DNA of 64,000 bases from an uncultured Candidatus Saccharibacteria bacterium (GCA_965230995.1 OZ246398.1:73868-137867); one strand, 5' to 3'. Numbered from the stretch's first letter, positions 9,157 to 19,025 are shown. Program-made: numbers and translations. Notes: generated by a model not told the origin, from the sequence alone.

Positions 9157-11088
9157 TTAATTCTGATGTTCTATGTCTTCTTTTTTCTTTAATTCAATTC
9201 CGTTTGCAACTATTATTCTTTCGTATTCGTCCTTTTCTATCGTCTCAACTTCAATCAGTCTCTTTGCAATTATGTCGAGCAACTTTCTGTTTTCTATGAT
9301 CAGCTTTTCTGCTTTTGCTTGCGACTCTGACATTATCTTTTTTACTTCACTGTCTATTTTAGCATTGACCTCTGGAGAATATTGTTTGTCATCAACCCCC
9401 CTTCCAAATAGCGCTCTGCCGTTTGATTCGAGAGCAACCGGACCGATATCATCAGACATACCATACAACGTGACCATATCCCGAGCGAGAGCAGTCGAAA
9501 CTTGCAAATCATTCGATGGTCCTGTTGTGAGATCACCAAAGACAATTTTTTCTGTAACATATCCACCAAGCGAAACAACAATATCATCGAGAAACTCTTT
9601 CTTTGATTGTAGCTTTTTATCTTCAATCGGCAATTTCAAAGTATATCCCGCAGCACGCCCTCTCGAGATAACAGATATCTTGTGAACAGGATCAGCAAAA
9701 GGAAGAAGTGAAGCCAAGATAGCATGACCTGCTTCGTGATATGCGGTTAGCTCTTTTCCTTTTTTTGAAAGCACGTGGCTTTTTCGCTCGGGGCCGAGCA
9801 TTACTTTTTCTATTGATCTAATCAAATCAAATTGCGAAACTGTTTTTCTGTCTTCTCTCGCTGCCAAAATTGCAGCCTCGTTCATAAGAGAATACAAATC
9901 AGCTCCAGAAAATCCCGGTGTCCTTTCTGCAATCAAAGAAATATTTACATCTTCTGCCAAAGGTTTTTTTCTTGCGTGTATTTTTAATATTTCCTCTCTG
10001 TCTTTTCTGTCGGGAATATCTATTGTGACTCTTCTGTCGAATCTTCCCGGACGAAGAAGTGCTGGATCGAGAACGTCTGGTCTGTTCGTTGCCGCCATTA
10101 CGATAACCTTTTCATTTGGCTCAAAGCCATCCATTTCAACCAATATCTGGTTTAAAGTCTGTTCCCTTTCATCATTTCCGCCACCGACACCTGTACCGCG
10201 AACTCGCCCAACGGCATCAATCTCGTCGACAAAAATAATTGCTGGCGAAGATGATTTTGCTAATTTAAATAAATCTCGCACACGAGAAGCACCGACTCCA
10301 ACAAACATTTCAACGAATTCAGAACCTGAAATAGAAAAGAAATTTACTCCAGCTTCCCCTGCAACCGCCCTTGCAAGTAATGTCTTTCCAGTACCGGGAG
10401 CACCCATAAGCAAAATACCTTTTGGAATACGAGCACCGATCTCAAGGAATTTTTTTGGATTTCGGAGAAAATCAACAACTTCGGCGAGCTCTTCTTTTGC
10501 TTCTTTAGCACCTGCAACATCTTTGAAGGTGATTTTATTTCTCTTGTCGTTTGGATCAGTAATTCGCGCTCTTGATTGCCCAAAAGTAAATGCTTGCGCC
10601 CCCGCACCTTTTACCTGTCTCGTTAAAAACCATACAAAGAAAAGAATAAACAGAAGAGGTATCAGGATGGGAGATAATTGGATGAGCCAATAAAAGAAAC
10701 CGCTCTCGCCTTTTATTTCTGTCTTTACCGCATTAATTGCTTCTTGTGATACACCATAAGCATCCAAAGTTTCAACAACGCCGACCCCAGATTCTTTTTT
10801 GGTAAAGTATTCAGCGCCATCTTTGTATTTAATATTTAGATCATCGCCTTTTACGACAATATCGCTAACCTTGCCTTCTGAGACAGCAGTTGCGAGTTCA
10901 GAAATAGCAATTTGTTTTGGATTATTTGTCCCTTCTGTAAACATTGTGTACAGAGCAACAATCAAAACAAATATAAAAAGTATGTTAATAAAATTTCCAA
11001 ACATACCACTACCGCCCTTGCCTATTTTAGGAATTATCCTCAGCTTGAGAGGTTTCCTTTCTTTTTTCTTTTTTTCTTTTTGTGTCAT
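9157..11088 (-). CDS. ftsH: ATP-dependent zinc metalloprotease FtsH
   Basis: Two TM helices, [15 protein letters not shown] motif, HEAGH. Confidence 0.98.
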   Translation of the reverse strand: MTQKEKKKKERKPLKLRIIPKIGKGGSGMFGNFINILFIFVLIVALYTMFTEGTNNPKQIAISELATAVSEGKVSDIVVKGDDLNIKYKDGAEYFTKKESGVGVVETLDAYGVSQEAINAVKTEIKGESGFFYWLIQLSPILIPLLFILFFVWFLTRQVKGAGAQAFTFGQSRARITDPNDKRNKITFKDVAGAKEAKEELAEVVDFLRNPKKFLEIGARIPKGILLMGAPGTGKTLLARAVAGEAGVNFFSISGSEFVEMFVGVGASRVRDLFKLAKSSSPAIIFVDEIDAVGRVRGTGVGGGNDEREQTLNQILVEMDGFEPNEKVIVMAATNRPDVLDPALLRPGRFDRRVTIDIPDRKDREEILKIHARKKPLAEDVNISLIAERTPGFSGADLYSLMNEAAILAAREDRKTVSQFDLIRSIEKVMLGPERKSHVLSKKGKELTAYHEAGHAILASLLPFADPVHKISVISRGRAAGYTLKLPIEDKKLQSKKEFLDDIVVSLGGYVTEKIVFGDLTTGPSNDLQVSTALARDMVTLYGMSDDIGPVALESNGRALFGRGVDDKQYSPEVNAKIDSEVKKIMSESQAKAEKLIIENRKLLDIIAKRLIEVETIEKDEYERIIVANGIELKKKEDIEHQN

Positions 11089-11177
11089 ACGGATATTATA
11101 CCGAAATTGACTATAAATAAAAGGCGTTCTCTAACTGACCGTTTATTTAAAACACCTATTCTGTTATGATGCTTTAT

Positions 11178-11618
11178 ATGGATTTAGCAAGAAACAAAAA
11201 AGCCACATTTGATTATGAAATACTCGAAAAATTCGAAGCGGGTATCGAGCTTTTTGGACATGAAGTAAAATCTACAAGAAACAAAGGAGTGACGCTTGAT
11301 GGTAGCCGAATAACAGTCCGCGGAGGTGAAGCATATATAATTGGTATGACCATAAGACCCTACCAGCAGGCAAACATAAAAGAAGCATACGAACCAACAC
11401 GCAACCGCCGTTTACTTTTACACAAAAAAGAACTCGGAAAACTCGCCACGGCAGAAGATACTAAAGGATTGACAATCATCCCAATAGCGTTGTATAATAA
11501 AGGAACGAACATCAAGGTTTCAATTGGAATAGCACGCGGAAAGAAACAGTTCGACAAAAGAGAAAGTATAAAAAAACGAGATCTCGAAAGAGATATGGGT
11601 AGAAAATTCAAACGATAG
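11178..11618 (+). CDS. smpB: SsrA-binding protein SmpB
   Basis: NKKATFDY, EAGIEL.GHEVKS, RRLLLHKKE, GKKQFDKRE; start could be 11166. Confidence 0.97.
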   Translation: MDLARNKKATFDYEILEKFEAGIELFGHEVKSTRNKGVTLDGSRITVRGGEAYIIGMTIRPYQQANIKEAYEPTRNRRLLLHKKELGKLATAEDTKGLTIIPIALYNKGTNIKVSIGIARGKKQFDKRESIKKRDLERDMGRKFKR

Positions 11619-11670
11619 TTTTTTGACAACAACGATCATTCGCGTAGAGCCCACCTTTGGCTGGTTCTAT

Positions 11671-12053
11671 GGGGATGATCGGCTTCGACAAGAAGTTCAA
11701 TATATATGCGCAAAGTGAAGCTCCAGCAACTTCTTAAAAGGCTGGAAAAACATAAGTGCAGACAATTCTGCAGCAACTCCTTCTCCATATTTTGGAACAA
11801 AGGATTTTGCTTTCGCTCTAGCTTAATAGCGGGCGCGCCCAGCCACCTCTCGTCTCGTGAGATGGTCTTGGGTGTCATTTTCAGAGACTCGGTGTTTGCA
11901 TTTCTCTAGGCTAACACTTAAACAAAAGAGATCGGTATAGAATTGTTTTGTTATTTTCAAAGGTTCTATATCTAAATCATAAAAAATAACTAAACTTTGT
12001 AGACACATATACATTTCCTTCTCTGGACGGGGGTTCGATTCCCCCCATCTCCA
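11671..12053 (+). ncRNA. ssrA: tmRNA; predicted tag ADNSAATPSPYFGTKDFAFALA (11758-11826)
   Basis: 5' GGGGATGATCGGCTTCGAC and 3' GGACGGGGGTTCGATTCCCCCCATCTCCA with G3-U70 pair; directly downstream of smpB; tag ORF ends ALA-TAA-TAG. Confidence 0.95.
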
Positions 12054-12229
12054 CATTTCAAAAATCAGCCCTTTGGGGCGATTTTTGTTATGTGGAGATG
12101 AGAAAGGTCTGGGAGACCTTTTGTGGGGGAATCGAAAGGCTTTTGTGTTGATTTTAGAGTTCGAGGAATGAGAACGAATAAAATCACCAAAAGGCATACT
12201 GTTCATGTAATGAGAGATTCCCCCATCTC
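12054..12229 (+). mobile_element. Structured element at the tmRNA 3' end, homologous to the tRNA-Ile 157-bp unit
   Basis: Split antisense copy of the tmRNA 3' end, shared 24-nt hairpin, TACTG-N4-TGTAA motif, terminal repeat GATTCCCCCATCTC; mobility is inferred. Confidence 0.6.
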
Positions 12230-12252
12230 TATCACAAAATGAAATACCCTTA

Positions 12253-14310
12253 CTATGAAACAGCTTGATCAAAATCAATTAGATAGAGCCTAGGTGTCCT
12301 TGTCATATCTAATTCTCCATCTTCATCTCTAAAGAAACGTAGACAAAAATTAGCATCGTGAGTATGCCCATGCTTAATATGTAACTTATCAAGCATAGCA
12401 ATGATTCTATCTCTTTGTTCCACTAGATCTGGCGTAAATAGTGTAGTTGAAATCCTCTGCCATGAGGCTAAATCTAAATCAAGGACACCACTATATACAT
12501 CGACTAATCCATTCTCTTTTAAACTATATGATTGAATTGGTTCAATTGGTACATAATCAAAACCGGCCTCCTTCCACTCCTGATGATTTTCATATAATTT
12601 TTGCCACGTTAAAAAAGAAGTTGAATTAATGTGTCTTATAATTATTTTGTCTTTTAATGGACCCCCGACCAGCGTCGTCTCAGATCCTGTTTTTTCAAAT
12701 TTCTTTCTCGAGAATGATTCCGTATTTAAATCTGGATGTTTGTTGTATAAGGGAGCAAATATAACATATTTTAGTAATTTATTTTCTAGAAGAACGTCAA
12801 ATATTTTTTTCCTCTCTGCTTCTGAAACAGACCGAATCATTAGAGCACCTATCCTTTGAATAATAGGATCATTACTTTCGAGCGCTTGTTCAATGAGTGA
12901 AAATCTTTTTTTTACTGGAAGATACTCAATCATTTGAGCACCAATCTTTCGGACTAAAGGATTATTACTTTTGAGTGTTTGCTCGATGAGTGAGATCATT
13001 TCTTCATCCGATACAGACAGAATCATTTCGGCACCGATCTCTTGGACTAGAGGATCATTACTTTCAAGAGCCTGCTTAACAAGTAATGATCTTTCATCTT
13101 CTGGCACATACCAAATCATCCGCATGGCTTCTTTTTGGACATTTGGATCATCACTTTCAAGGAGACGTTGAATTTTTTCAGTGACTATTTGCAATAAAAC
13201 GTCTCTTTCATTTAGTGGAGCATACTTAATCATTTCGGCACCAATCTTTTGAACTGCGTAGTTATTACTTTCAAAGATTTGTCGTATTTTCTTAGTTATT
13301 GTTTTTCTAAGTGAATCTTCTTCTTCATTTCCTGAAACAAACATGGTCATTTCGGCACCAATCTTTTGGACATTTGGATCATCACTTTCAAGGAGACTTT
13401 GAATTTTTTCAGTGACTATTTGCCATAAAGAATCCCTTTCATTTAGCGGAGCAGACCGAACTGTTTGAGCACCGATCTCTTGGACTAGAGGATCATTACT
13501 TTCAAGAGCCTGCTTAACAAGTAATGATCTTTCATTTTCTCGTGCATACTCAATCATTTGAGCACCAACCTCTTGGACTTTAGGGTCTTTACTTTCAAGA
13601 GCCTGCTTGATGAGTAATGACATTTCTTTTACAGGAACAAAACGAATCATTCCAGCACCAATCCTTTGAATCGCAAGGTCATCACTTTCAAGGAGACGTT
13701 GAATTTTTTCAGTGACTATTTTTCTAAGTAAAGATCTTTCTTCATCTTCTGAAGCAGACCGAATTATTTCAGCACCGATCTCTTGAACTAAAGGATCATT
13801 ACTTTCAAGAGCTTGCTTGATGAGCGAAAATCTTTTGTGTGCTGGAGCACACCAAAACAATCCTGCGCTTATCTTTCGAACTTCAGGGTTTTTACTTTCA
13901 AGAGCCTGCTTGATGAGCGAGAACACCTCATCCACTTTAGGACAGTATCGAATCATCTTAACACCAATCTCTTGGACTTCAGGGTTTTTACTTTCAAGAG
14001 CCTGCTTGATGAGTGGATATCTTTTATCTGTTGAAAAATACTCAATCTTTTCAGCACCAATTCTCTGAATCGCAAGATTATCGCTTTCAAGAGCCTGCTT
14101 GATGAGCGAGAATATTTCATCTACAGGAGAATTATTCAATTTTCTTTCAAAATCCGCGACTAATCTTATTCTTTCATCTTGCACTTTACATCGATCATAT
14201 CTTTCGAGATCTTTCTCTGTAATCTTTCCATGACCAGAAATTTGATACATATCGACAGGAAACACCTCTTCTCTTTGTCTACCTTTCTCTGTATTTTGTA
14301 TTTTTTCCAT
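12253..14310 (-). CDS. HEAT-like repeat protein with C-terminal kinase-like domain
   Basis: Many LIKQALESxDPxVQEIGAxMI repeats; C-terminal HGHTHDANF...LIDFDQA; ATG at 14310 (MEKIQ). Confidence 0.75.
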   Translation of the reverse strand: MEKIQNTEKGRQREEVFPVDMYQISGHGKITEKDLERYDRCKVQDERIRLVADFERKLNNSPVDEIFSLIKQALESDNLAIQRIGAEKIEYFSTDKRYPLIKQALESKNPEVQEIGVKMIRYCPKVDEVFSLIKQALESKNPEVRKISAGLFWCAPAHKRFSLIKQALESNDPLVQEIGAEIIRSASEDEERSLLRKIVTEKIQRLLESDDLAIQRIGAGMIRFVPVKEMSLLIKQALESKDPKVQEVGAQMIEYARENERSLLVKQALESNDPLVQEIGAQTVRSAPLNERDSLWQIVTEKIQSLLESDDPNVQKIGAEMTMFVSGNEEEDSLRKTITKKIRQIFESNNYAVQKIGAEMIKYAPLNERDVLLQIVTEKIQRLLESDDPNVQKEAMRMIWYVPEDERSLLVKQALESNDPLVQEIGAEMILSVSDEEMISLIEQTLKSNNPLVRKIGAQMIEYLPVKKRFSLIEQALESNDPIIQRIGALMIRSVSEAERKKIFDVLLENKLLKYVIFAPLYNKHPDLNTESFSRKKFEKTGSETTLVGGPLKDKIIIRHINSTSFLTWQKLYENHQEWKEAGFDYVPIEPIQSYSLKENGLVDVYSGVLDLDLASWQRISTTLFTPDLVEQRDRIIAMLDKLHIKHGHTHDANFCLRFFRDEDGELDMTRTPRLYLIDFDQAVS

Positions 14311-14459
14311 TATTGATAAATAATATAACGTCTTAATAAAAAATAAAACCCGTTTAAAATCCCATTGCCTATTGCGAGGGTAAACAACAATCACTAATAC
14401 TTAACCAATTGACACCACTAAATAAATACATAGTCTTTAAATCAGGCCAAGGAGGAATT

Positions 14460-14750
14460 GTGACATTAGTACAAGTCCTTGCGGTTCAGAAACAGAGCGA
14501 ACAACCGCTAACCAAAGGAATGCTCCCAGGGATCATTGCAGAATGCCACAGGTGGCCATGGCCCGGCAGAACATCTGTTCGGTATACCGCCACAAACGGC
14601 AACACCATTGTGGCAACCATGCTACAGATTAACGGTAGCCACACTGTCACGAGCATGCAAAATGCCGTACAGCTTATGCTCACCAGGGGAGAATCTGAAT
14701 TCGTAACCAAAGAAAACGGGGGGCTCATTCTATGGACTGTCGTTCCGTAA
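14460..14750 (+). CDS. Hypothetical protein (GC-rich orphan cassette)
   Basis: TTGACA at 14409, AGGAGG SD then GTG at 14460; downstream hairpin AAGGCGCGCC..GGCGCGCCTT. Confidence 0.65.
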   Translation: MTLVQVLAVQKQSEQPLTKGMLPGIIAECHRWPWPGRTSVRYTATNGNTIVATMLQINGSHTVTSMQNAVQLMLTRGESEFVTKENGGLILWTVVP

Positions 14751-14811
14751 TGCCGGAAGACCTCCGACAGAACGGAGAAGGCGCGCCACGGGCGCGCCTT
14801 TCCTCATTTAT

Positions 14812-15939
14812 CTACACCCCTTTCTCCAAAATCAAATCCCATTTTGTTCTGAGAATTCTCTCTACTGATTCGTTTATTCTATCCTCACTAATCTCACCAT
14901 TATCTACCGCCTCTAATATCCTTTCGTATATTTGTTTTTGAATGTCTCTCGAATATGTACTGATTATAATATCAACACCGGATAGAATTGCTTTCAGACT
15001 ATTTTCGGCAATGTTTCCACCTACAGAAACCATTTCCATATCATCGGAAATGATCACACCCTTAAAACCAAGCTCTCCTCTCAAAATATCAACCAAGAAT
15101 TTTTCTGAAAGCGTAGCCGGTTTATCATCGACAATTGGCACGACAATATGAGCCGTCATAATCGGAACATAAGGATATTTTTCTATTACTTTTTTAAATG
15201 GCAAAATATTATTTTCCAAATCCTCTTTTGAAATTGAAATCGAAACACCTTTTTTGTGTGGATCAAGAGAAATATTTCCATATCCTGGAAAATGTTTTGC
15301 AACTGGAATAACACCCGAAGATTCATATCCTTTTATCATTTCAATTCCAAGCTCTGATATTTTTTCTGGTGTCGTACCAAAAGTCCTTTTGTATAGATAA
15401 GAATTCCTATCGGTTACATAATCCAAAACCGGAGCAAAATTCATATTTACGCCAATAGAAGAAAGCTCCTCCCCTCTTTTCTTTGAAATTTTAAAAGCAT
15501 CCTCTGTATTTTTAATTTCAACCTGTTGTGTTAATTCAGAGAAAAAATTAAAACGAATTACATCTCCCCCTTCTTGATCGGTAGCGATAAATAGAGGAAT
15601 ATTTGCAAAGTTTTGCATTTGAGAAATCAAATCTCGGGACTGACTCTCATCTAAAATATTTCTACCGAGCAAATTAAAACCTCCAACATTATAATCCTTT
15701 ATCATTTCTATAGTATCGGGATCGAGATTTTTTCCTGGAAGACCGATAATGAGCATCTGACCAATCTTTTCTTTTATCGTCATGGATGACAATTTCTTCT
15801 CTATTTCTACCGAAACAGTATCTTCTTTTGTCTCAATATTGTTATTTTCTATGTCGACATTTTTTTCATTTTTTAAATATACAAAAGAAAAAACTAGAGC
15901 AAGGACAATTACGAGGATTACAAAAAGTTTTTTAAACAT
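14812..15939 (-). CDS. nagZ: GH3 beta-N-acetylhexosaminidase (NagZ-like), membrane anchored
   Basis: DQEGG, NFAPVLD, KHFPGYG...DPH, SDDMEM. Confidence 0.85.
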   Translation of the reverse strand: MFKKLFVILVIVLALVFSFVYLKNEKNVDIENNNIETKEDTVSVEIEKKLSSMTIKEKIGQMLIIGLPGKNLDPDTIEMIKDYNVGGFNLLGRNILDESQSRDLISQMQNFANIPLFIATDQEGGDVIRFNFFSELTQQVEIKNTEDAFKISKKRGEELSSIGVNMNFAPVLDYVTDRNSYLYKRTFGTTPEKISELGIEMIKGYESSGVIPVAKHFPGYGNISLDPHKKGVSISISKEDLENNILPFKKVIEKYPYVPIMTAHIVVPIVDDKPATLSEKFLVDILRGELGFKGVIISDDMEMVSVGGNIAENSLKAILSGVDIIISTYSRDIQKQIYERILEAVDNGEISEDRINESVERILRTKWDLILEKGV

Positions 15940-16048
15940 AAAAGAAGTCTATCATGACAATATGCAAGGATTAAAGCTATTTGACTTTATACACAAAGAT
16001 TGTATTATTATTTTGGCTTAGAGTTCCTAACACAAGCGGAGAAAAGCG

Positions 16049-16396
16049 ATGAGTGAAGTCACTGTAACCCAGCTCGTTAAACATGAGCACTTCCTGAGGG
16101 ACATCGGGTGTCTGAAGGGGTTCCTCAGTCATCTCGGCTGGCATCTTCCGGAAGATGTATTCGTGGTATGCCTACATCTTACATGGAAGGAAATCACCCT
16201 ACTCATGGTCAAGGAAACAATGGGGATCGGAGTTCCACATAAGTGCACAGTGATGGGTACCACCTCTATCACGGCGGAGAACGTTGTCCGCATGATTGAC
16301 TGGACCTTCAGACACCATTACGAACTCATCGTGAGACCTCCGGACAACAAGTTCCAGTTCCGCTTCATTCATCAACTGCAATCCCCTGGCGCCTAG
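16049..16396 (+). CDS. Hypothetical protein, cassette 1
   Basis: Own promoter-like region and GGAG SD; stop codon lies inside the repeated 3' element. Confidence 0.7.
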   Translation: MSEVTVTQLVKHEHFLRDIGCLKGFLSHLGWHLPEDVFVVCLHLTWKEITLLMVKETMGIGVPHKCTVMGTTSITAENVVRMIDWTFRHHYELIVRPPDNKFQFRFIHQLQSPGA

Positions 16397-16459
16397 GAAG
16401 CGCCACCCTACCCACCAAGACAGCCCACCAAGGCGCGTCTGGTGGGTTTGTCATTTATG
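16383..16459 (+). repeat. 77-bp cassette 3' element, copy 1
   Basis: Near-identical to 16887-16963; two hairpins. Confidence 0.9.
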
Positions 16460-16537
16460 CAGAACTTTACTTTATGTATAAAGATTGTATTATAATTTTG
16501 GCTTAGAAGTTCTGAACTCACAACCGGAGACCAGGAA

Positions 16538-16900
16538 ATGGCACCCGCCACAACCAAAGATATCCACATTGGACGCGAACAATTGTATGTGTTCTTAAGT
16601 GGAAAGGATGGACACGGTGGTCTAGAGGCGCAATTCGGAGACAACGGAGTAGTCACCCTACACGTTATGCATCGAGGAGAAGGTTCTGCAAAAACCATCA
16701 CGATCCAAGTAACGATGGAGAGACGTGTTGGTTTCCAGGAAGAAAAGCTAGTGAAGGTGATCGAAGAGTTTGACGGAGAGGAAATCAATGGATGGATTTC
16801 CTCCCTGATGAAGGGAAACAACATTCCACTCTTCTTCTTACCACCCAACCGCTTCCACCTGTTCCATTTCAAAATCGATGATATACCCCCCGGCGTCTAG
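16538..16900 (+). CDS. Hypothetical protein, cassette 2
   Basis: Upstream ~65 bp homologous to the cassette 1 leader; GGAG/AGGA SD. Confidence 0.7.
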   Translation: MAPATTKDIHIGREQLYVFLSGKDGHGGLEAQFGDNGVVTLHVMHRGEGSAKTITIQVTMERRVGFQEEKLVKVIEEFDGEEINGWISSLMKGNNIPLFFLPPNRFHLFHFKIDDIPPGV

Positions 16901-16963
16901 GAGACGCCACCCCACCCACCAAGACAGCCCACCGAGGCACGTCTGGTGGGTTTGTCATTTATG
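16887..16963 (+). repeat. 77-bp cassette 3' element, copy 2
   Basis: GGCGTCT-AGG-AGACGCC...GACAGCCCACC...GGTGGGTTTGTCATTTATG. Confidence 0.9.
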
Positions 16964-17065
16964 GCTAAAATATGTGGCTTTTTTGTACTATTTACTTTTA
17001 AACGCGTTTGTTGTATAATATATGAGAAACAGTACCGTACAACAAACCAATTAGGAGACGCTACC

Positions 17066-17563
17066 ATGCGTTACTTCACCATCGTTCTATTCGCGGTCAC
17101 GATGTTCATCACCGGTAGCGGGTGCATTGCCTACTACCAGATCAACGGAAAGGAAGGAGTCCTCGCCGTTCCACCCCTTGTGGGTACGCCGGTGGTGGTT
17201 GTCGCTTCCTGCGACCGCTGTCACTACCGTCACTGCCGTTGCGAGCAGTATGAATACCGCTGGCAGTGCGAGATCTGCAACCAGTACTTTGGTCGGCTTG
17301 CCGACCAATACTGGGACGGAGGACGTCGCACCTGCCGGTGGTGCCATCATGAAAAGTGGCCCTACCGCGCGTGGCAGTGCACAGTGTGCCATGGTTACTA
17401 CTGGCCAGTGGATGTTCGCAACAACATACACCGTGGCCATAACACTTGCTGGCGGTGTCTCGTGAGAGACAACATGGAGTGCGAGCAAGGCTGTAACGAA
17501 CCAACAACACTGCCCTGTCGCAGGTGGTATCATAGCTATTTCGGACCACCTCCTCCGAAATAG
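17066..17563 (+). CDS. Cys/His-rich putative lipoprotein with repeated CxxC pairs, cassette 3
   Basis: TATAAT promoter, AGGAG SD, MRYF...TGSGC signal, five CxxC pairs. Confidence 0.7.
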   Translation: MRYFTIVLFAVTMFITGSGCIAYYQINGKEGVLAVPPLVGTPVVVVASCDRCHYRHCRCEQYEYRWQCEICNQYFGRLADQYWDGGRRTCRWCHHEKWPYRAWQCTVCHGYYWPVDVRNNIHRGHNTCWRCLVRDNMECEQGCNEPTTLPCRRWYHSYFGPPPPK

Positions 17564-17631
17564 CCCCCCGCCAGAGAGAACCCGCCAGTACACGGCGCCT
17601 CTCTCTGGCGGGTTTTCTTTTGTCTTAAAAT

Positions 17632-18087
17632 CTATTTCTTCTTTAGATTGTTTTCGATAATAGTTTTGTATATATCACCTCTTGTGACAATACCGACTAA
17701 TTTGCCATTTTCATCCATTACGGGCATCCTGTGAATACTTCGTGCGAGCATAATTGCGCCAACTTTCATAATAGGATCATCTGGGGAAACAGAAACGACT
17801 TCACGCGACATAAATCTTTCGATTGGGTTCTTTCGTATTTCTTGTATTTTTGATTCTCTTTTTTCTGGATCAGTATAGCTCTCTGGGTTTTCGTAGAAAC
17901 TTCGGTAATAAGGGAAAAGTACTTTGTATAAATCTTTGTCAGAAATCATACCGATAACATCACCGCTTTCATTAACGACAGGACAACCTTTTATACCGCT
18001 TTTTAACAGAAAAGTGGCCGCGTCTTCATAAGTAGTATCAAAAGGTAGAGTAAGCACTGGCGAATGCATTAATTCTTTTGTTTTCAT
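17632..18087 (-). CDS. CBS domain pair protein
   Basis: Two CBS repeats (PVVNESGDVIGMIS, PVMDENGKLVGIVT). Confidence 0.9.
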   Translation of the reverse strand: MKTKELMHSPVLTLPFDTTYEDAATFLLKSGIKGCPVVNESGDVIGMISDKDLYKVLFPYYRSFYENPESYTDPEKRESKIQEIRKNPIERFMSREVVSVSPDDPIMKVGAIMLARSIHRMPVMDENGKLVGIVTRGDIYKTIIENNLKKK

Positions 18088-18185
18088 AATTATATAATAC
18101 CACTTTTAGAGAAAGTAAACATAATCTTGCAGTGTATTAAAAATAGTGCTATATTCTCTGTATTCATAAGCCTAATCACACACAA

Positions 18186-18743
18186 TTGAAACGAGACGAT
18201 CGTATCAGAATAAATGAAAGGATTCGCGCGAGAGAACTTCGCGTAGTTGATGCCGAGGGTAAAATGCTTGGTGTTTTGTCTATTGATGAAGCCTTGCGAA
18301 AATCCAGAGAAGCCGGATTAGACCTCATAGAAATATCTCCAAACGCAGTCCCTCCAGTAGCAAAAATAATGGACTACGGAAAATATCTTTACAGCGAAAA
18401 GAAAAAGGCAAAAGAAGTAAAAGCCAAAGCTCACAGTGTCGAGGTAAAAAATATACAGGTAAAAGTCGGTACCGGAGAAAACGACCTGGCCTTGAAAGCA
18501 AGAAAAGTCACCGAATGGCTATCCGAAGGAAACCGAGTAAAAATCGACTTGTTCCTACCTGGTAGACTCAAATATATGGATGAAAAATTCCTAAAAGAAA
18601 GAATTGAAAGAGTATTAAAGCTCGTCTCTGTTCCCTACAAAATTGCTGATAGTGCTAAAAAAAGCCCTAAAGGTATGACTATTGTGATAGAAAAGGACAA
18701 ATCTCAAAAGGAAAACCCTCAGGAAAAACCTGCTCAAAAATAG
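18186..18743 (+). CDS. infC: Translation initiation factor IF-3
   Basis: RINERIRARELRVV, PPVAKIMDYGKY; non-AUG start. Confidence 0.97.
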   Translation: MKRDDRIRINERIRARELRVVDAEGKMLGVLSIDEALRKSREAGLDLIEISPNAVPPVAKIMDYGKYLYSEKKKAKEVKAKAHSVEVKNIQVKVGTGENDLALKARKVTEWLSEGNRVKIDLFLPGRLKYMDEKFLKERIERVLKLVSVPYKIADSAKKSPKGMTIVIEKDKSQKENPQEKPAQK

Positions 18744-18806
18744 CTAGACAAAAAGCCCGATATAGTATAGTATTTTAGCCTATACTATTTTTGGTTTAAT
18801 TATTGT

Positions 18807-19016
18807 ATGAAAACAAACAAGTCATTCACGAAGCGACTCAAAGTCACCAAAAATGGCAAGATCCTAGGCCGAAAACCAGGAAGAAGCCATTACAACGCGA
18901 AAGAAAGTCGCCGAAAGACACAGCTCGGCAAGAAAGGCCTTGTTGAAATAACCCTTGCAAGTAACAAGGTTATATCAAGATTCCTACCGGGAAAATATAT
19001 TGCAAAGAAAAAATAA
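18807..19016 (+). CDS. rpmI: 50S ribosomal protein L35
   Basis: MKTNKS..KRLKVTKNGK; synteny infC-rpmI-rplT. Confidence 0.93.
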   Translation: MKTNKSFTKRLKVTKNGKILGRKPGRSHYNAKESRRKTQLGKKGLVEITLASNKVISRFLPGKYIAKKK

Positions 19017-19025
19017 TACAAATTT

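Noticed and set aside
11636-12278. Small ORFs overlapping tmRNA
   Set aside because: Explained by tmRNA and its 3' element
16805-16819. Third hammerhead (CTGATGA...GAAAC)
   Set aside because: Only 3 nt between the core halves, so no stem II; lies inside a CDS
16383-16963. Integron attC sites
   Set aside because: No RYYYAAC/GTTRRRY boundaries, cassettes carry their own promoters, and no integrase in the window
17066-17563. Multiheme cytochrome c
   Set aside because: Other CxxC pairs in the same repeat lack His, and no maturation genes are seen
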